From positions 83,824,001 through 83,888,000 of the forward strand of contig OZ024740.1 of NCBI GenBank assembly GCA_964016885.1: a stretch of 64,000 nucleotides of DNA, read 5' to 3'. A model generated the notes under the pieces. The model was given only the letters and a program-made list of their open reading frames with translations. It was not told where the DNA came from and ran no database searches. Shown here piece by piece: positions 41,501 to 53,900 of this stretch. The translations under genes were made by a program, and so were the position numbers. Numbering within the stretch: position 1 is the stretch's first letter; each line of letters opens with the position of its first letter. The DNA is from Eledone cirrhosa (Eukaryota).

Positions 41501-42561
41501 CGGATAGTGACACTGAAGCAACACCTTCAACAGAGGAAAAAGGTTGGCAACCATCTTGCCCAGGTTTATGACCATGAAAAAAGAAATATCATTAGAATAG
41601 CGACTGATCTGGAGGAGAGATATGGAATAAAGCCCGATATAAATCTCTCACCCAGAGAAATCGGAAGAACCTATTCAATGTTCAAACAAGAAAAAAAAAA
41701 TGACCAATTTACAGAAAAAGTTGTGCATGGATACTTGAGGCGTAAAACACAGACCATAGAGGGGATAAACCACTCAAAAAGCCTGGCATGGAGTTCCGAC
41801 AAGTTTATGACATCACACCTTGAGGGATATCTCTATGCAATACAGGAACAAGAACTCCCTACCAAATATCTGCTGCACAAAAGAGGAGGGCCAGCAGCTG
41901 ACAATAAATGTAGGCTATGTAAAACAAAGATCGAGGATGTAAGCCACATTGTTGCCAGCTGCGAAAGAATGTCATCTCGCTACTACCTCCCCACGAGACA
42001 CGATGGGATAGCTAGAACCATCTGGAACGCACTTCGGAAAACAAAATCAACAACAAACGAGGAAGAATATATTGAGACAGATGGCACTAAGGAATACTGG
42101 TGGAACCTGAAAATAAAAACTGCCACCAAATTAAAGCACAACCGGCCTGATATTGTAGTTTGGGACCACACATTGAAAACGTGTTCTGTTGTGGAGATCA
42201 GCTGCCCACTTGATGTAAACGTTGTCAGAAAAATACAGGAGAAGGAGGACATCTACGGACCATTGATGAGGAGTTTACAAATCCAGTATCCAAGATACAC
42301 CTTTAGCTTCATACCCATCATTATTGGTGCTACGGGTTATATACCAACCCGCTTGGACCAAAGTATGACTGAACTTGGATTTGCGGACAAAAAGCGGAGC
42401 TCCCTAATTCATAGTCTACAAATGGCTGCGATAGCTGGCACCTTCAAAATTTGCAAAACATTCTTGCGATTCAAGGGATGACAATTTCTTTTCTTTTACA
42501 ACCTTGCCACCAGGAAGGTGGCCGGTCAAAAAATATACTCAAAATTAAGAGAAAGAGAAAA
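38537..42561 (+). mobile_element. Full-length, apparently intact R4/Dong-clade non-LTR retrotransposon inserted in (TACA)n
   Basis: Single 1168-aa ORF, ~440-nt 5'UTR, ~80-nt 3'UTR with hairpin gccacc/ggtggc; pure (TACA)n on both sides. Confidence 0.93.
38975..42481 (+). CDS. Reverse transcriptase / CCHC zinc knuckle / restriction-like endonuclease polyprotein (R4/Dong clade)
   Basis: Uninterrupted ORF with KSPGPD, YRPISC, WLDYQKAFDSVPH, GIFQGDSLS, HLFFVDDLKLY, EGGRGL, CRLC...HIVASC, RHD, NRPDIVV..VEISCP, KEDIY. Confidence 0.95.
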   Translation: MAKSTSLLRPNRNYNRCTQWTYELNKVLYEAYKQSEPQKFGFMQRLKTLWNSKHPELDFSPKHLNEQAKRIIRCKLIHLTESSDTTNTALVDNHPTSTDRQREWPAKSNSEQLTNNFAEIHPTSTEEHRERSADSSSNCHHINNEAEIHDSTEQTEHQKLVGSLQVIWNMFQEIHSLNVSDRPYNTRVSKEPTKLELEAVNEIAGNYLKAIRSKGVETTFETLNVLLYVSAVTLLAYNTHLKPRNQDTNRKPEPAWMRNLKTKILSLRRSISHIAVVMKCNIESNFTQHQEDLKKKLERRFGDTKFKTLNSKLHQLKQQLTATTERLKYKSTAHKRQVLNRLFARDPKSVYRSFGGKSSISVNDTPSKEQVESYWRSVWETDDGFNRQANWLKELEQDYCQHVQTKQYDIDGSILETALQKMSNRKSPGPDLITGYWLKNFTFYRQDLIRLFTETIKGTQELPRWLSTASTLLIPKNSQTTLAKNYRPISCQNIMYKLYTGCLNLFLQDHCATNNIITPEQAGGKREVWGCIDHLLTNKMIQEKTTKNRRNMTVVWLDYQKAFDSVPHGWIVKALQLAKVPQPLVAAVERLTKNWYTSLILRGEKEQVKTDKIHYQKGIFQGDSLSVLLFVLSLNPLSYLLRKQGRQRSGTRSISHLFFVDDLKLYGPNINDIKKQLDLITQFSTDIKMKFGESKCAYLAVKRGRAVPSSRNLEMNGLTIQPLQSGDNYRYLGQDENVRYDGPINKERTRTEYLRRVKKIWSSELSAYNKYIAHNTYAVPILTPTFGLLNWSLQELSEMDVRTRKLLSVTGNFNINGDVDRLYFSRKEGGRGLKSILTTYETRIVTLKQHLQQRKKVGNHLAQVYDHEKRNIIRIATDLEERYGIKPDINLSPREIGRTYSMFKQEKKNDQFTEKVVHGYLRRKTQTIEGINHSKSLAWSSDKFMTSHLEGYLYAIQEQELPTKYLLHKRGGPAADNKCRLCKTKIEDVSHIVASCERMSSRYYLPTRHDGIARTIWNALRKTKSTTNEEEYIETDGTKEYWWNLKIKTATKLKHNRPDIVVWDHTLKTCSVVEISCPLDVNVVRKIQEKEDIYGPLMRSLQIQYPRYTFSFIPIIIGATGYIPTRLDQSMTELGFADKKRSSLIHSLQMAAIAGTFKICKTFLRFKG

Positions 42562-42596
42562 CATACATACATACATACATACATACATACATACAT

Positions 42597-43300
42597 GATG
42601 ACCGCAAACTCGTGTTCGAGCGTTGCCATCGCCTGATAAAATGCTCAAGAATATGAGGCACGAATGTGGGTCTTCAAACCAGCCAGACTTTTACATTCTC
42701 TGGTACATACATGGCAACTGCACATTCCTCTGGTTTTTTCCACAGTTTCGTTCTGACTATGCGTTCTCATATGTGTTTTTAGACCATGTTTGCATATTTC
42801 TTGCCATGTATTCTACACCTTTTCGGATGATGCTGTTCCTAATCTACACGAGGTCTAATGTTATGACTTTCTTCATGTCTTATCAGACCAGCTTTGTTCA
42901 TGCAACTCGACCACAGTGCTGGTAAACCAGATGCTGCTCAACAGCAAGCAGTTCAAAACAGTCCCTTTTCCTCACCTTCCTTTTCAGTGTTTAGTGTTCC
43001 CTTCGACGAGTTTCAAAGTGTTAACTTTCTGACTTGATCAAATGTTTCCATTTCACACGATCCTCACCCATTTTCTCCCATTCATCAGATGAAATTTCAG
43101 TGCAAGCCATTTCAGTGTAACCGCATTTTGGGATTATGTGGTGGTCGCTTTCCTTCACACAGTTCACTGTAGACAAGTTGCTTTGGAATACAGTCATCAA
43201 ACATCCGCACTACGTGACCGCATCACCTCAACCGGTGCCGAAAGATCATGCTCTCTATACTCATGCACCTGCTTCGCTGATGAACATTTTCCATCGAATC
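42597..43300 (-). mobile_element. 3' fragment of an RTE-clade LINE with (TATG)n tail
   Basis: Manual minus translation LR*CGHVVRMFDDCIPKQLVYSELCEGKRPPHNPKMR and VCTRECKSLAGLKTHIR. 3' terminus similar to the bipartite elements. Confidence 0.75.
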
Positions 43301-43363
43301 CTTCCATCCATCCATCCATCCATCCATACATACATACATACATACATACATACATACATACAT

Positions 43364-43959
43364 GGTGGCTGCCAATTCGTTTTCGAGTACGGCCACTACT
43401 TTATATCCCTGTAGCAGAACCCCTACCGATGCGCTGAACGAGTGTGACTTTTTAGTCCAGCCAGCGACTTGAAAACTCTGGTACAAACACTACACTTGTG
43501 ACAATTATTGACACATAGTGCTGGGCCCATGGTACCATGTGACGACAAGTGCAGAGAGATCTCCAGATATAGAGCAATGCCTGTGCCGTGAAGCTTTTAT
43601 AGTGAGCAAAGGCACTGCACAAAGCCAGTCCCACTCTCTTAACCAAGATGATATTTACCAAAAAGAAGAACAAGTCAACATCATTGGTTACCATCAGGGT
43701 TGCAAGTGTTATATCAGAGTTTTCCTTCTCCTTGACAAAGGCTAAGGGGTCATCTCTCCCGGTGATTTCGGATGGCCATTGACTCTTAAGAGCTCCTTTG
43801 CCCTTTGACAGGTTTTGTTTTTAGTCCTGCATTATGTTTAAAGTCACCCTCCTCACCAATAAACCTTGGTGGGGTTGCCAGTTTAGTCGCCAACGGCCAA
43901 ACCATGGGACAGGTTGTACTGGGATATATGTTACCAGTAGCACCAACTGGTGACCTGAC
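43364..43959 (-). mobile_element. Bipartite RTE-derived non-autonomous element, copy 2
   Basis: ~600 bp, near-identical to 44073-44668, between (TACA)n runs. Confidence 0.75.
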
Positions 43960-44072
43960 ATACATACATACATGCAACATACATACATACATACATACAT
44001 ACATACATACATACATACATACATACATACATACATACATACATACATACATACATACATACATACATACAT

Positions 44073-44668
44073 GGTGGCTGCCAATTCGTTTTCGAGTACG
44101 GCCACTACTTTATATCCCTGTAGGAGAACCCCTACCGATGCGCTGAACGAGTGTGACTTTTTAGTCCAGCCAGCGACTTGAAAACTCTGGTACAAACACT
44201 ACACTTGTGACAATTATTGACACATAGTGCTGGGCCCATGGTACCATGTGACGACAAGTGCAGAGAGATCTCCAGATATAAAGCAATGCCTGTGCCGTGA
44301 AGCTTTTATAGTGAGCAAAGGCACTGCACAAAGCCAGTCCCACTCTCTTAACCAAGATGATATTTACCAAAAAGAAGAACAAGTCAACATCATTGGTTAC
44401 CATCAGGGTTGCAAGTGTTATATCAGAGTTTTCCTTCTCCTTGACAAAGGCTAAGGGGTCATCTCTCCCGGTGATTTCGGATGGCCATTGACTCTTAAGA
44501 GCTCCTTTGCCCTTTGACAGGTTTTGTTTTTAGTCCTGCATTATGTTTAAAGTCACCCTCCTCACCAATAAACCTTGGTGGGGTTGCCAGTTTAGTCGCC
44601 AACGGCCAAACCATGGGACAGGTTGTACTGGGATATATGTTACCAGTAGCACCAACTGGTGACCTGAC
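44073..44668 (-). mobile_element. Bipartite RTE-derived non-autonomous element, copy 3 (tandem with copy 2)
   Basis: 709-bp period; I saw two substitutions versus copy 2; same flanking gacatacatacatacatgcaacatacat. Confidence 0.75.
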
Positions 44669-45728
44669 ATACATACATACATGCAACATACATGTGGGGT
44701 GAGGTCTATTTCGGTGTGAGTGTGTGTAAAGACACGCCTCAATGTAGCTAATAGTTTGGACTGACGAACGTAATGTCGTGGGGTGGAAATGTGGATCAGT
44801 TGATGCGTTACGTTCTTAAGCAAAGCACAGCTAGTCGACCCAGCAAAAATTGAGTAAATCACGTAGCTGAGATGCATCTCACTCATAGAATGGTGTCATC
44901 AACGGGTGTCTTTTTTCCTCGAGTGCATTACTGCAATGCAACCGCGATAAGGACGTGTCTGATGAGCCACTTGGGACAGAATTAAACCCATATACTACAT
45001 ATATATATATATATGGACATGAATCACTATATATACTTTCCAATATAAAACTTACGACTTTTGTATTAACTGCAAGGAAAGAAATGTTCTTATTTGGTCT
45101 GTTCTGATCTCTTCTCATTTTCATTACTGAGCCGCCGTTCATCCATTTTTATCACAAAGATAAAGCCATCTGCCACGACTAATATATCCCATACATCCGG
45201 TTTTGAGATCAGTGCTCCTTCTCCTAGATATAGTGTCAACCAAGTCTATGGAACTCTGTCCCTCGTTATTGATTGTCCGTAGAATTTTCTGAATTCCTCC
45301 AGATTTTGTTTTCCACCCGAGTGTATCTAAATATCACGCTCGCTTCACAAAGGAAGCTTAGTACTACATTACATGCTACTAGTAACACTCAGGCGTGAAC
45401 TGACCAAAGTTTCTGGTTTAAATAATTACTAAGATATTGTTTTATTTCACCTGCTTGTTAGATATTAAATATAAATGTATGTCGAATGGGAATAGATGAT
45501 ATATTAATATTAGATAGCCAGAGTAACGAAGTAAACGTCAAGCGAAAGGTAGTGATTATTAATTCATTCACATATAAAGAAAATAAATTAAATTTAGTAT
45601 TTAACCTAATATATGGTCATATATATTTTTGTTCTGTAATATATCTGATATTTTAAGTTGAGCAAATTTTCTTACTGATAATTGGGTAATACAAAATATG
45701 ACACTTAACTTATTTATAATTGTATATA

Positions 45729-45785
<57 letters not shown>

Positions 45786-45805
45786 TATAAATATTATTAT
45801 TATTA

Positions 45806-48620
45806 TTTTTGTTTTCTTTCATTATTGTTTCCGTGATATATACCGAGTGTCTTCCTGACACCTAGGGCAAATAAATTCACAGTGTGCATTGGTAAGCCAG
45901 TTAATACAGCACATTGATTATAATTATTTAAAAAAATCTGTGTACATATATACACATGTGCATATGCATATGTAAATACAAGGAGGGACATCAATCTTAC
46001 AGCGATAGTGCTCTTCTCAATACGTGTGCAGTACCAGTCTAAACAATTTGTTGCACCTCGTGCAGAGTGGGTAAACCAGAAATCATTCGCAAATATTGTT
46101 CTGTTCCTTTCTTGATTATTCCCAGTCCACCCACAATCCCTGGTATTGTAACGGCCTTGAGGTGCCACATTTTCTCAATTTCAATAAGCAGATCTTTATA
46201 TTTTCGTAACTTGTCAAATTCTTTTGTCGCGATATTGTTGTCACATGGGATGCTCATATCTATCAATAAACAGACCTTGTTATGTTGATCTTTTACAATG
46301 ATGTCAAGTCTATATGATTTTATGGTCCTGTCAGTATGTACAGGAAAGTCCCAGAAAGTTACATTTTCTCCTTCAGTTACTGCCTCAGGGTGATGGTTGT
46401 ACCACTTGTCCTCAGCTTTTATTTTGTAATGCCGACATATTACCCAGTGTAGATATTGGCCAACTCTGTCATGTCTATATTTGTATTCTACTGGTGCTAA
46501 AACTTTACATCCAGAGACTAAGTAATCCACTGTTTCAACCTCAGCATTGCAGAATCGGCACTTTGGGTTTATTCCGTTTCTCATCACATTGGCTTGGTAA
46601 TTACGAGTCAATAAGCTTTGATCTTGGGCAGCTAAGATGAAGCCTTCACTCTCCGCCTTTAGCCCTGAACTACGTAGCCACTGATGGGTGTGCTTTTGGT
46701 CAACATCAGCTCGTTTGCTACGGGCCATATATTTGCCATGAAGAGGTTTCTGCTCCCAATTTGATGCTAATTGTCCTTGCCCTTTTGCTTTTGCCAGTGA
46801 TTTTATGTGCCTAGCAGCATCAGTAGCAACGGTTTCTTTTGTCTGTCCAGCCTGGGTATCAACCATGAGATCAGTAGCATATTTTTGGCTCTCCTTCAAG
46901 ATAGAATGAAGCTTCTTACTTCTCTCATGCTTCACAACAAGTTTCAGCATACAGTCGTTAGTTGTTTCAAGGTATTTGGCCAGTCCAATGATGGTGGTCT
47001 TGTAAGCAAGGTCAAATTGGATCAGGCCACGGCCTCCTTGAGTTCTAGGAAGGTAAAGACGATGCACATCTGCTTTTGGGTAGTGCATTCTATTACAGCT
47101 TACGGACTTTGATGTCGATTCTTTTGATTTCACTCATATTCCAGTTCAACACACCGAAGCTATAAGTGACAACTGGGACTGCCAAGGAATTTATAGCTAG
47201 CACCTTGTTACGAGCGTTTAGTTCTGATCTCAGAACTGCACGTACTCTCCTCTAACATTCTTTCCTTATCCTCTCTTTCACACTTGCATGCTGTATGCCA
47301 GAGCCCTCATTAATCCCTAAGTATTTATAGGTTTATTCCTGCTCAAGTTCCTTTATGATTGTTTCAGCATCCAATTCAACTGAATCTGAGTTGACAAGCT
47401 TCCCCTTCTTGAAAGTGGCTTTCACACACTTGTCAAGTCCAACCTTCATCCTGATGTCTTCGCTAAACGTGTTTACTGTCCGCAAAAGGCCTTCCAGTTC
47501 GTCATTATCTTTGCATATAGCTTCAAATCATCCATATAAAATAGATGGCTTATGGTTTTGTTGTCAATTCTATAACCGTACCTTGTTCTATTAAGTTCGG
47601 ATGTAAGGGGTATTAAAGCTATGCAGAAAATCTAAGGTGAAAGTGAGTCACGCTGGAATATACCACAGTTGATGTTTATATTCCTAGAGTAAAGTACCCC
47701 AGTGGAATGAGACAATTGGAGATTTGTGTTCCATAATGACATATTATGTTTCAGGAAGTTTGAGATCACAGGAGAGATTTTGAAGATGTCCAGTGATTTC
47801 AGAATCCATGAGTGTGGTATGCTGTCAAAGGCTTTTTTATAATCGATCCATGCAGAACTGAGATTTCTGTGTTTATTATGACAGTTCTCAAAGATCATAC
47901 GATTAATCAAAAGTTGATCTTTGCAACCATATGAACCTCGTCGGCACCCTTTTTGTTCAATGGGGAAAAGATTGTTCTCCTCCAAAAACACGTATGCTTT
48001 TTACATGGTAATAGAGGTTAATAGTTTATAAGTGGTGGGAAAGCAAAGTTATGGGCCGATAGTTTTTTGGATCTTTGGTTTCGTTGCTCTTTGGTAGAAG
48101 GTAGGTAATGCCACTTGCTATCCAATCAGGTGTGATTTTTGGATCTTTCATTATTCCATTAAACAGCTTGACCAATATATTGTGAGTGCACGGGAGTGAG
48201 GAAAGCCAGACATTCGGCACCCTGTCTCTACCAGGAGATTTCCATTTATGAGATTTATTGAATGCTGTTCTTAAGTCCGCTATAGAGATATCTTCCCACG
48301 CCTGTTCGTCTAAATTTGTGTAGGATTTTTCCAGGCGACTAATCCAATCTACATTAGCATTATATGTCTTCTCATCACTCCAAATCTTACTCCAAAGTGT
48401 TCAACTTCTTCTATGGACGAGGGTCTTCAATAATTATTTTTTTCTTACCTACTTCTCTATAAAATGACTTGGCATTGGATGAGAACAACTTATTTTGCCT
48501 GTAAAAGTTGTATTGCTTCTCGAATCTACGAATACGTTGGGCTTTTACTTGGACTTTTTGTTTTAGAGATTATTTTGTTGAAACTATTGCTTCTCTAGAA
48601 GACAGTCCATATTTTCTCTT
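45806..48620 (-). mobile_element. R4/Dong-clade element family A, 5'-truncated and decayed, in (TAA)n
   Basis: ORFs 48026-48220, 47632-47991 (WIDYKKAFDSIPH, GIFQRDSLSP) and 46039-47133 (CRFC, RHD, RLE-like C terminus); (TTA)n at both ends. Confidence 0.88.
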
Positions 48621-48640
48621 TATTATTATTATTATTATTA

Positions 48641-50880
48641 TGGGAGGTAATGACTGGCTGCACAAGGGGTAAATCGCCTTTTTTGGATGGTCTGCCCTAT
48701 GAATTTTACGTACAGATGCCAGACTTATTCGGAGGCCTCTTGGCGGACATCGACTGCAACTGGCAACAGAACGGGAGAGTTCCCAGCTCTGTGAGCCGAA
48801 GAGCAGTGGCGCTGCTGAGAAAGGATCCGAACAAGGGGGATAACATAGATCATTTCAGGCCCATAACTCTGCTAAGCACAGAGTTCAAGATTTTGACCAA
48901 GGTGCTAGCAAAGAGTTTGGCGCTTGTCGTTGGTGGTCTGGTGGAATAGGCGCAGACATGCGCCATTCCAGACAGATCCATCCACGAAAACCTCCACCTC
49001 ATGCGATACATCGTGGAGAGGGTAGCTAGGGAACCTGGCACGAGTGGGTCCTTGATCAATTTAGATCAGTCGAAAGCTTTCGATAGGGTCGACCATCGTT
49101 ATCTGGCGGCAGTTCTGAGGGCGGCTGGCTTTGGGCCCGTCTTCAGAGGCTGGATTGCTGCCATGCACAGCGACATCTGCTCTGTTGTGAGAGTGAACGG
49201 TCACCTTTCGGAACCGTTCAACATCATGCGCTCGGTCCGCCAGGGATGTCCCCTCTCGTCGCTCTTGTACATATTGACTTTCGAGCCATTACTGCACAAA
49301 CTGGAAATGTTGAGGGGGGTCCCGCGCGAACTAGGATGCGGAAGATCCGTGTCAGCATATGCGGACGATGTCACTGTAGTGGTGTCGAACGCCAAACACA
49401 TCGAGGCGATCGGCACTACACTAAGAGAATACGAAGCGTTGACAGGAGCAATGATCAACCAGGAAAAGTCGGTCGGACTGCAGCTCGGCAATTGGAGAAG
49501 CAGGTCCATGCCGTCCAACAGCCTCGTCGGGCGCTGGACGGACGGACCAGTTAAATTGCTAGGGGTCTGGTTCGGTCCGGACCTCCAGAAGGAAAAAACT
49601 GGGACGAAGTGACGAACAGTGTGGCTTCTCTCAGAGAGGAAGCTATCCCTGAAAGGTCGAGCGAAGGTAGCGAATGCGTACATCGCGTCCGTCATCTACT
49701 ACAGCCTGACCTTCGTACCTTGTCCTAAGCCTCGCCTGACTGCGCTGCAGCGTTTGCTCTTTCGCTTTTTGTGGAAGGGACGCGCTCCGATGGTCAGGCC
49801 GTCCATCTGCTGTCAACCCCCGCTACGTGGAGGGCTGGTAATGCCATGGCTGATGATGCGCAGACACGCGCTCAGGCTACGACATCTCCACCTCTTCCTC
49901 GACGGTGATCAGGTGTGGTCGCCGTTTGCTAGACGCGTCTTTCCTCACCTCCTCTCCTTGACGGAGCTGCAGTCCTGGGTCAAGCGAAGACCGAGAAAGA
50001 GGGCTTGGAGACTGGATTGTCTTGAGACGCTCACAGCCCTCGACCAGTCGGGCAATGTAATCGGTGGAAACTCCACCTTGGCGTTCTATAGAGGATTAGA
50101 GGAGAAGAGCGACGACGTGCTTGGGGAAACTCTAGGTGTCGACGAAAATCAACTAGCCAATCTCTTCGGAAGAACTTTCGGGCCGGGGCCTATGGACAAT
50201 TCCCAGAAATTCCTGGCCTGGCATTTCTACCGCGGAGCTTTGCCAGTTCGGGATACACTCTATTGGCATGGAAGTGTCGTCAGCAGGGCATGTCCAAGAT
50301 GTGCGCAGGGCGACGAAACCGTCCTGCACGCACTCATCCAGTGTCCGAGGATTGCTGACTTGTGGGTTTATGTCGAACACCTGCTGTCCCTTGTAGAACG
50401 GATCCGACTATCAGCTGAGTCCATCGTGAGGATTGCCCCGTCCTCTTCCTTTAGCCGGGAAAGGCAGGCAGTTTTTATCTGTCTGGTGGCCATGGCAAAA
50501 GAGATAGTATGGTGGACCCGTTTGAAAGGGCTGAAGACGAGCACTTACCTCTTCGGTGATGCCCTGTTTAACTTTTTCCAATTTCATTTGAAAAGGAAAA
50601 TCAGGGTAGAGAGGGAAGTGCTCTCTTCCCAGCATTTTTTTGACAGATTGGTGATAGAGGCAAGTATGGCCGGAGTGAATGGGCCTACTCTGAGTATGTG
50701 CCCTCGGAAGTCTCGCCACTATTGAGGAATTTTTCATTGTTCCTTTTTTGTTACATCCTCTGTTTTTGTTTATTTTACACGCAGAAATAACCATTTGTAC
50801 CGTCCTGTATTGTCCTGTATTGTCCTGTACTGTCCTTGATGTCTTACTTTGTGTAAACCCTTGTGGTTAATAAAGAAATC
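48641..50880 (+). mobile_element. Tx1/L1-clade LINE (family b), 5'-truncated, in (TTA)n
   Basis: ORFs 48650-48949, 49001-49612 (DQSKAFD, AYADD) and 49619-50725 (CPRC..ETVLHALIQC); homologous to family a; ends aataaagaaatc(att)n. Confidence 0.9.
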
Positions 50881-50907
50881 ATTATTATTATTATTCTTAT
50901 TATTGTT

Positions 50908-53900
50908 CTTTGAGTCTCACTCATTGATGTTTTTTAACTGGAATGTTTGTTGAAATGTAGATCAAGCCGCTCCTTGCAGCCTCAGATATTCAGCACGTTT
51001 CGGAGGGTTCTTGCTGTTCCCAGCAAGCATGCCTTTTGAAGTGTTCCAAAAAGCGTGCCTGGACTAACTTTCTTTAACCATCCTTGGAAACTCTTTGAGA
51101 TAGTACCTAGTGCGTTTATGGAAGTTCCAAATCCTTTTTACCTCCCACTTTAAGTTCTGGTATCGGTTAATTTTCTCCCTCTCCTCTTCTTGCACTCTCG
51201 TGTCAAATGGGCAGGCCACATCTACAATCAGGAATGATCTTTTTTCCTTGTCCAAAACCACCAGGTCAGGCCTATTGTGTTCCAGTTTCTTGTCCGTCTT
51301 TATCCTAAAATCCCACATCACCTTCACCTGATCGTTTTCTGTCACCGACTCTGGCTTATACTCATACCACTTCTCAGAATGTGGTAAATTGTTTACTTTG
51401 CATAGGTACCAGTGGATCACCCTGCCCATCAGATCAGGTCTCCAGCCTTTATAGTGAGTCCGGGCTAAGGGTTTACACTCGGATACAATGTGAGCCACAG
51501 TCTCCTCTCTCTCTCCACAGATCCTACACAGTGGGCTAGCCGCCTCCTTGTAAATATGATGTTTCACCGACTTCGTTCTGAGGGCCTGCTCTTGCGCAGC
51601 CATTACCATTCCTTCTGTAGCCTTTTTATGGTCTCCTCTTTTTAACCAGTTCCATGTCTGTGGATCTCTAAATTCAGTTTTCTCAAAGAAGGTATTATGA
51701 AGGGATTTTTCATGAAGGTTGCTCTTCCTCCTTGCTGTTATTTCCTCCTTGGACATCCCCTGGTCAATTCTCCTCTCCTTCAGTACAAGTCTGAGCATTG
51801 GCTCCCTACTGTCAGTCACGTATTTGTGTAAGTTTTTTTTCTCCATCTGAACACAGTCCTCTATGCTGATAAGACCTCTTCCACAATCAGATCTCTTTAA
51901 GTAGAGTCTATCGACATCACTCCTCTTGTGGAACATGTTGTAGATGGTCAATAGCTTCCTAGTCTCCCTATCCATTTCTTTTTGTTCAGCAACATTCCAT
52001 CTCAGAATTCCCGCACTGTACCTAATAATAGACACAGCTCGTGAATTTACTGCACTTATGACATTCCTACTATTTAGATGTGATTTTAATACGCCCCTTA
52101 CTCTCCGAATGTACTCAGATCTTAACAATTCCTTCATTTCTTTGTTCTTGATGTCATCTGCCTCAAAAACACCTAAATATTTGTATCCTTCTTTAGTGTC
52201 AATTTCCCTTATCATCTCACCTGTTGGTACCTGGATTCCTTTGCTTTTGCTCAATTTATACCTCTTCATCACTAGGACTCCACACTTACTAATACCAAAT
52301 TGCATACATATATCATTGCTGAAAATACGGACAGTGTCAACAAGCACATCCAACTCCTTCTCACTCTTCCCGAAGAGCTTAAGATCGTCCATGAAGAGGA
52401 GGTGATTGATGGTAAGCTCTCCCTTTCCCAACCTGTATCCTGCTATCACTAGTCGCAGTATAATGGTCAGGGGCATCTGCGCAAGGACAAACAACAGAGG
52501 CGACAAAGTATCTCCCTGGAAGATATGTCTCTTGATTTTCACGCTTCCCAAGGATTCTCCAGTTGATGTTAACTCTATTTCCCAGGACTTCATACTTTTG
52601 CTCAACAACTGTCTGATGTTATCTGCCACCTTGAAGATCTCTAGGCTTTTGGTTATCCAAGAATGCCATATTGTAATCTATCCATCCCATGGCAAGACCA
52701 GTGTGTCTCCTCTTGCAATTCCTCATTACCATCTTATCAATAAGTAATTGGTATTTTGTACCCCGGGACTTCTTTCGGCATCCTTTCTGTTCATCCGATA
52801 ACAAGTTGTTTATGTGGAGGTGATTTCCTTAGACACAATGCTTGTTAAAAGTTTCTACATTACGGACAGACATGTGATAGCTCATTACCCTTGATTCGGT
52901 CTTTCATTACCAGTACTGTGGTATCTTTTGTCAACCACTCTGGTACCTCATGCGACATCAAGCAGTCATTGAACATGGTTGTCAGTTTCGGGTGGAGGGA
53001 TGTTATATTTTTGATTCAATACCATCTGGGCCTGGTGATTTCCAGTTGGTTAGTTTTATGGCCTGCCCTTTAAGAGTTTCAACTATGATATTCAAATCAG
53101 TTTGTTGGTGTGCTTGTTCACTAATCTCCTTTTGTACTGTCTCAATCAACACTGCCTGATCATTATGTGCAACATCCTGCTCCCATATTCTTCTCCAGAA
53201 TGTTTTAGTCTGTTCCGCCTCAGGGATCAAGTCGTTACCTCTTTATTTCCATTAAAGCTGTCCAAACATGCGGTTCTGTCTATACTGACTGACTATGCTC
53301 TCATACCGCCTAATCTTTGCACTCTTTGCTACAATGCGTTGCTTCAGTTCCTCTATGGCGATATTTAGCTTTTTCCTCCTAGTTTTGTACTTTATTTCCA
53401 GTCTATTTTTAGTGTCTATGTTTTGTAGTGTCCCATTCAAAAAGGACTCAAGCTTTCCAATGTCATTTCTCATTACCCTGATTTGACCATTCAGTCGTTT
53501 CTTCCACCAAGGTTCTGATCTTTCTTGTTTGTTGTTTCCTCTCGTTTTTATGCCAAGTAATTTCCTCACTCATTTGCTGTTGCTTTGAGGATATTGTTGA
53601 ACTGGTGAAGGTTCCTCGCCTCAATTTATGGGATGACTTTGTTTACCTTAGCTGTTGTTTCTTTTAACTTTTTCCTGTCTACAAATCTTAGGTTCATAGG
53701 TTTCCCACTATCATTGTTCATTTCATGTACCACTAAGTTTACGATATCAACCAAATATTGTACTAGCCCGTCAGCATTCATTTCCTCAATGGCCGTATCT
53801 TTGTTCCAGATGATATTTATTTCAGCATTCAGATCATTGTCTGCTTCAGATGTTTCCTCCGTTCTCTCAACCTCTTCTCAACGTCTTCACCTTCATTTCC

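Noticed and set aside
43860-43959. Possible HDV-like ribozyme in the 5' part of the bipartite RTE derivative (ccagt/actgg, acc/ggt, gactaa)
   Set aside because: Could not build a convincing P1 and P4 by eye; needs a structure-descriptor search.
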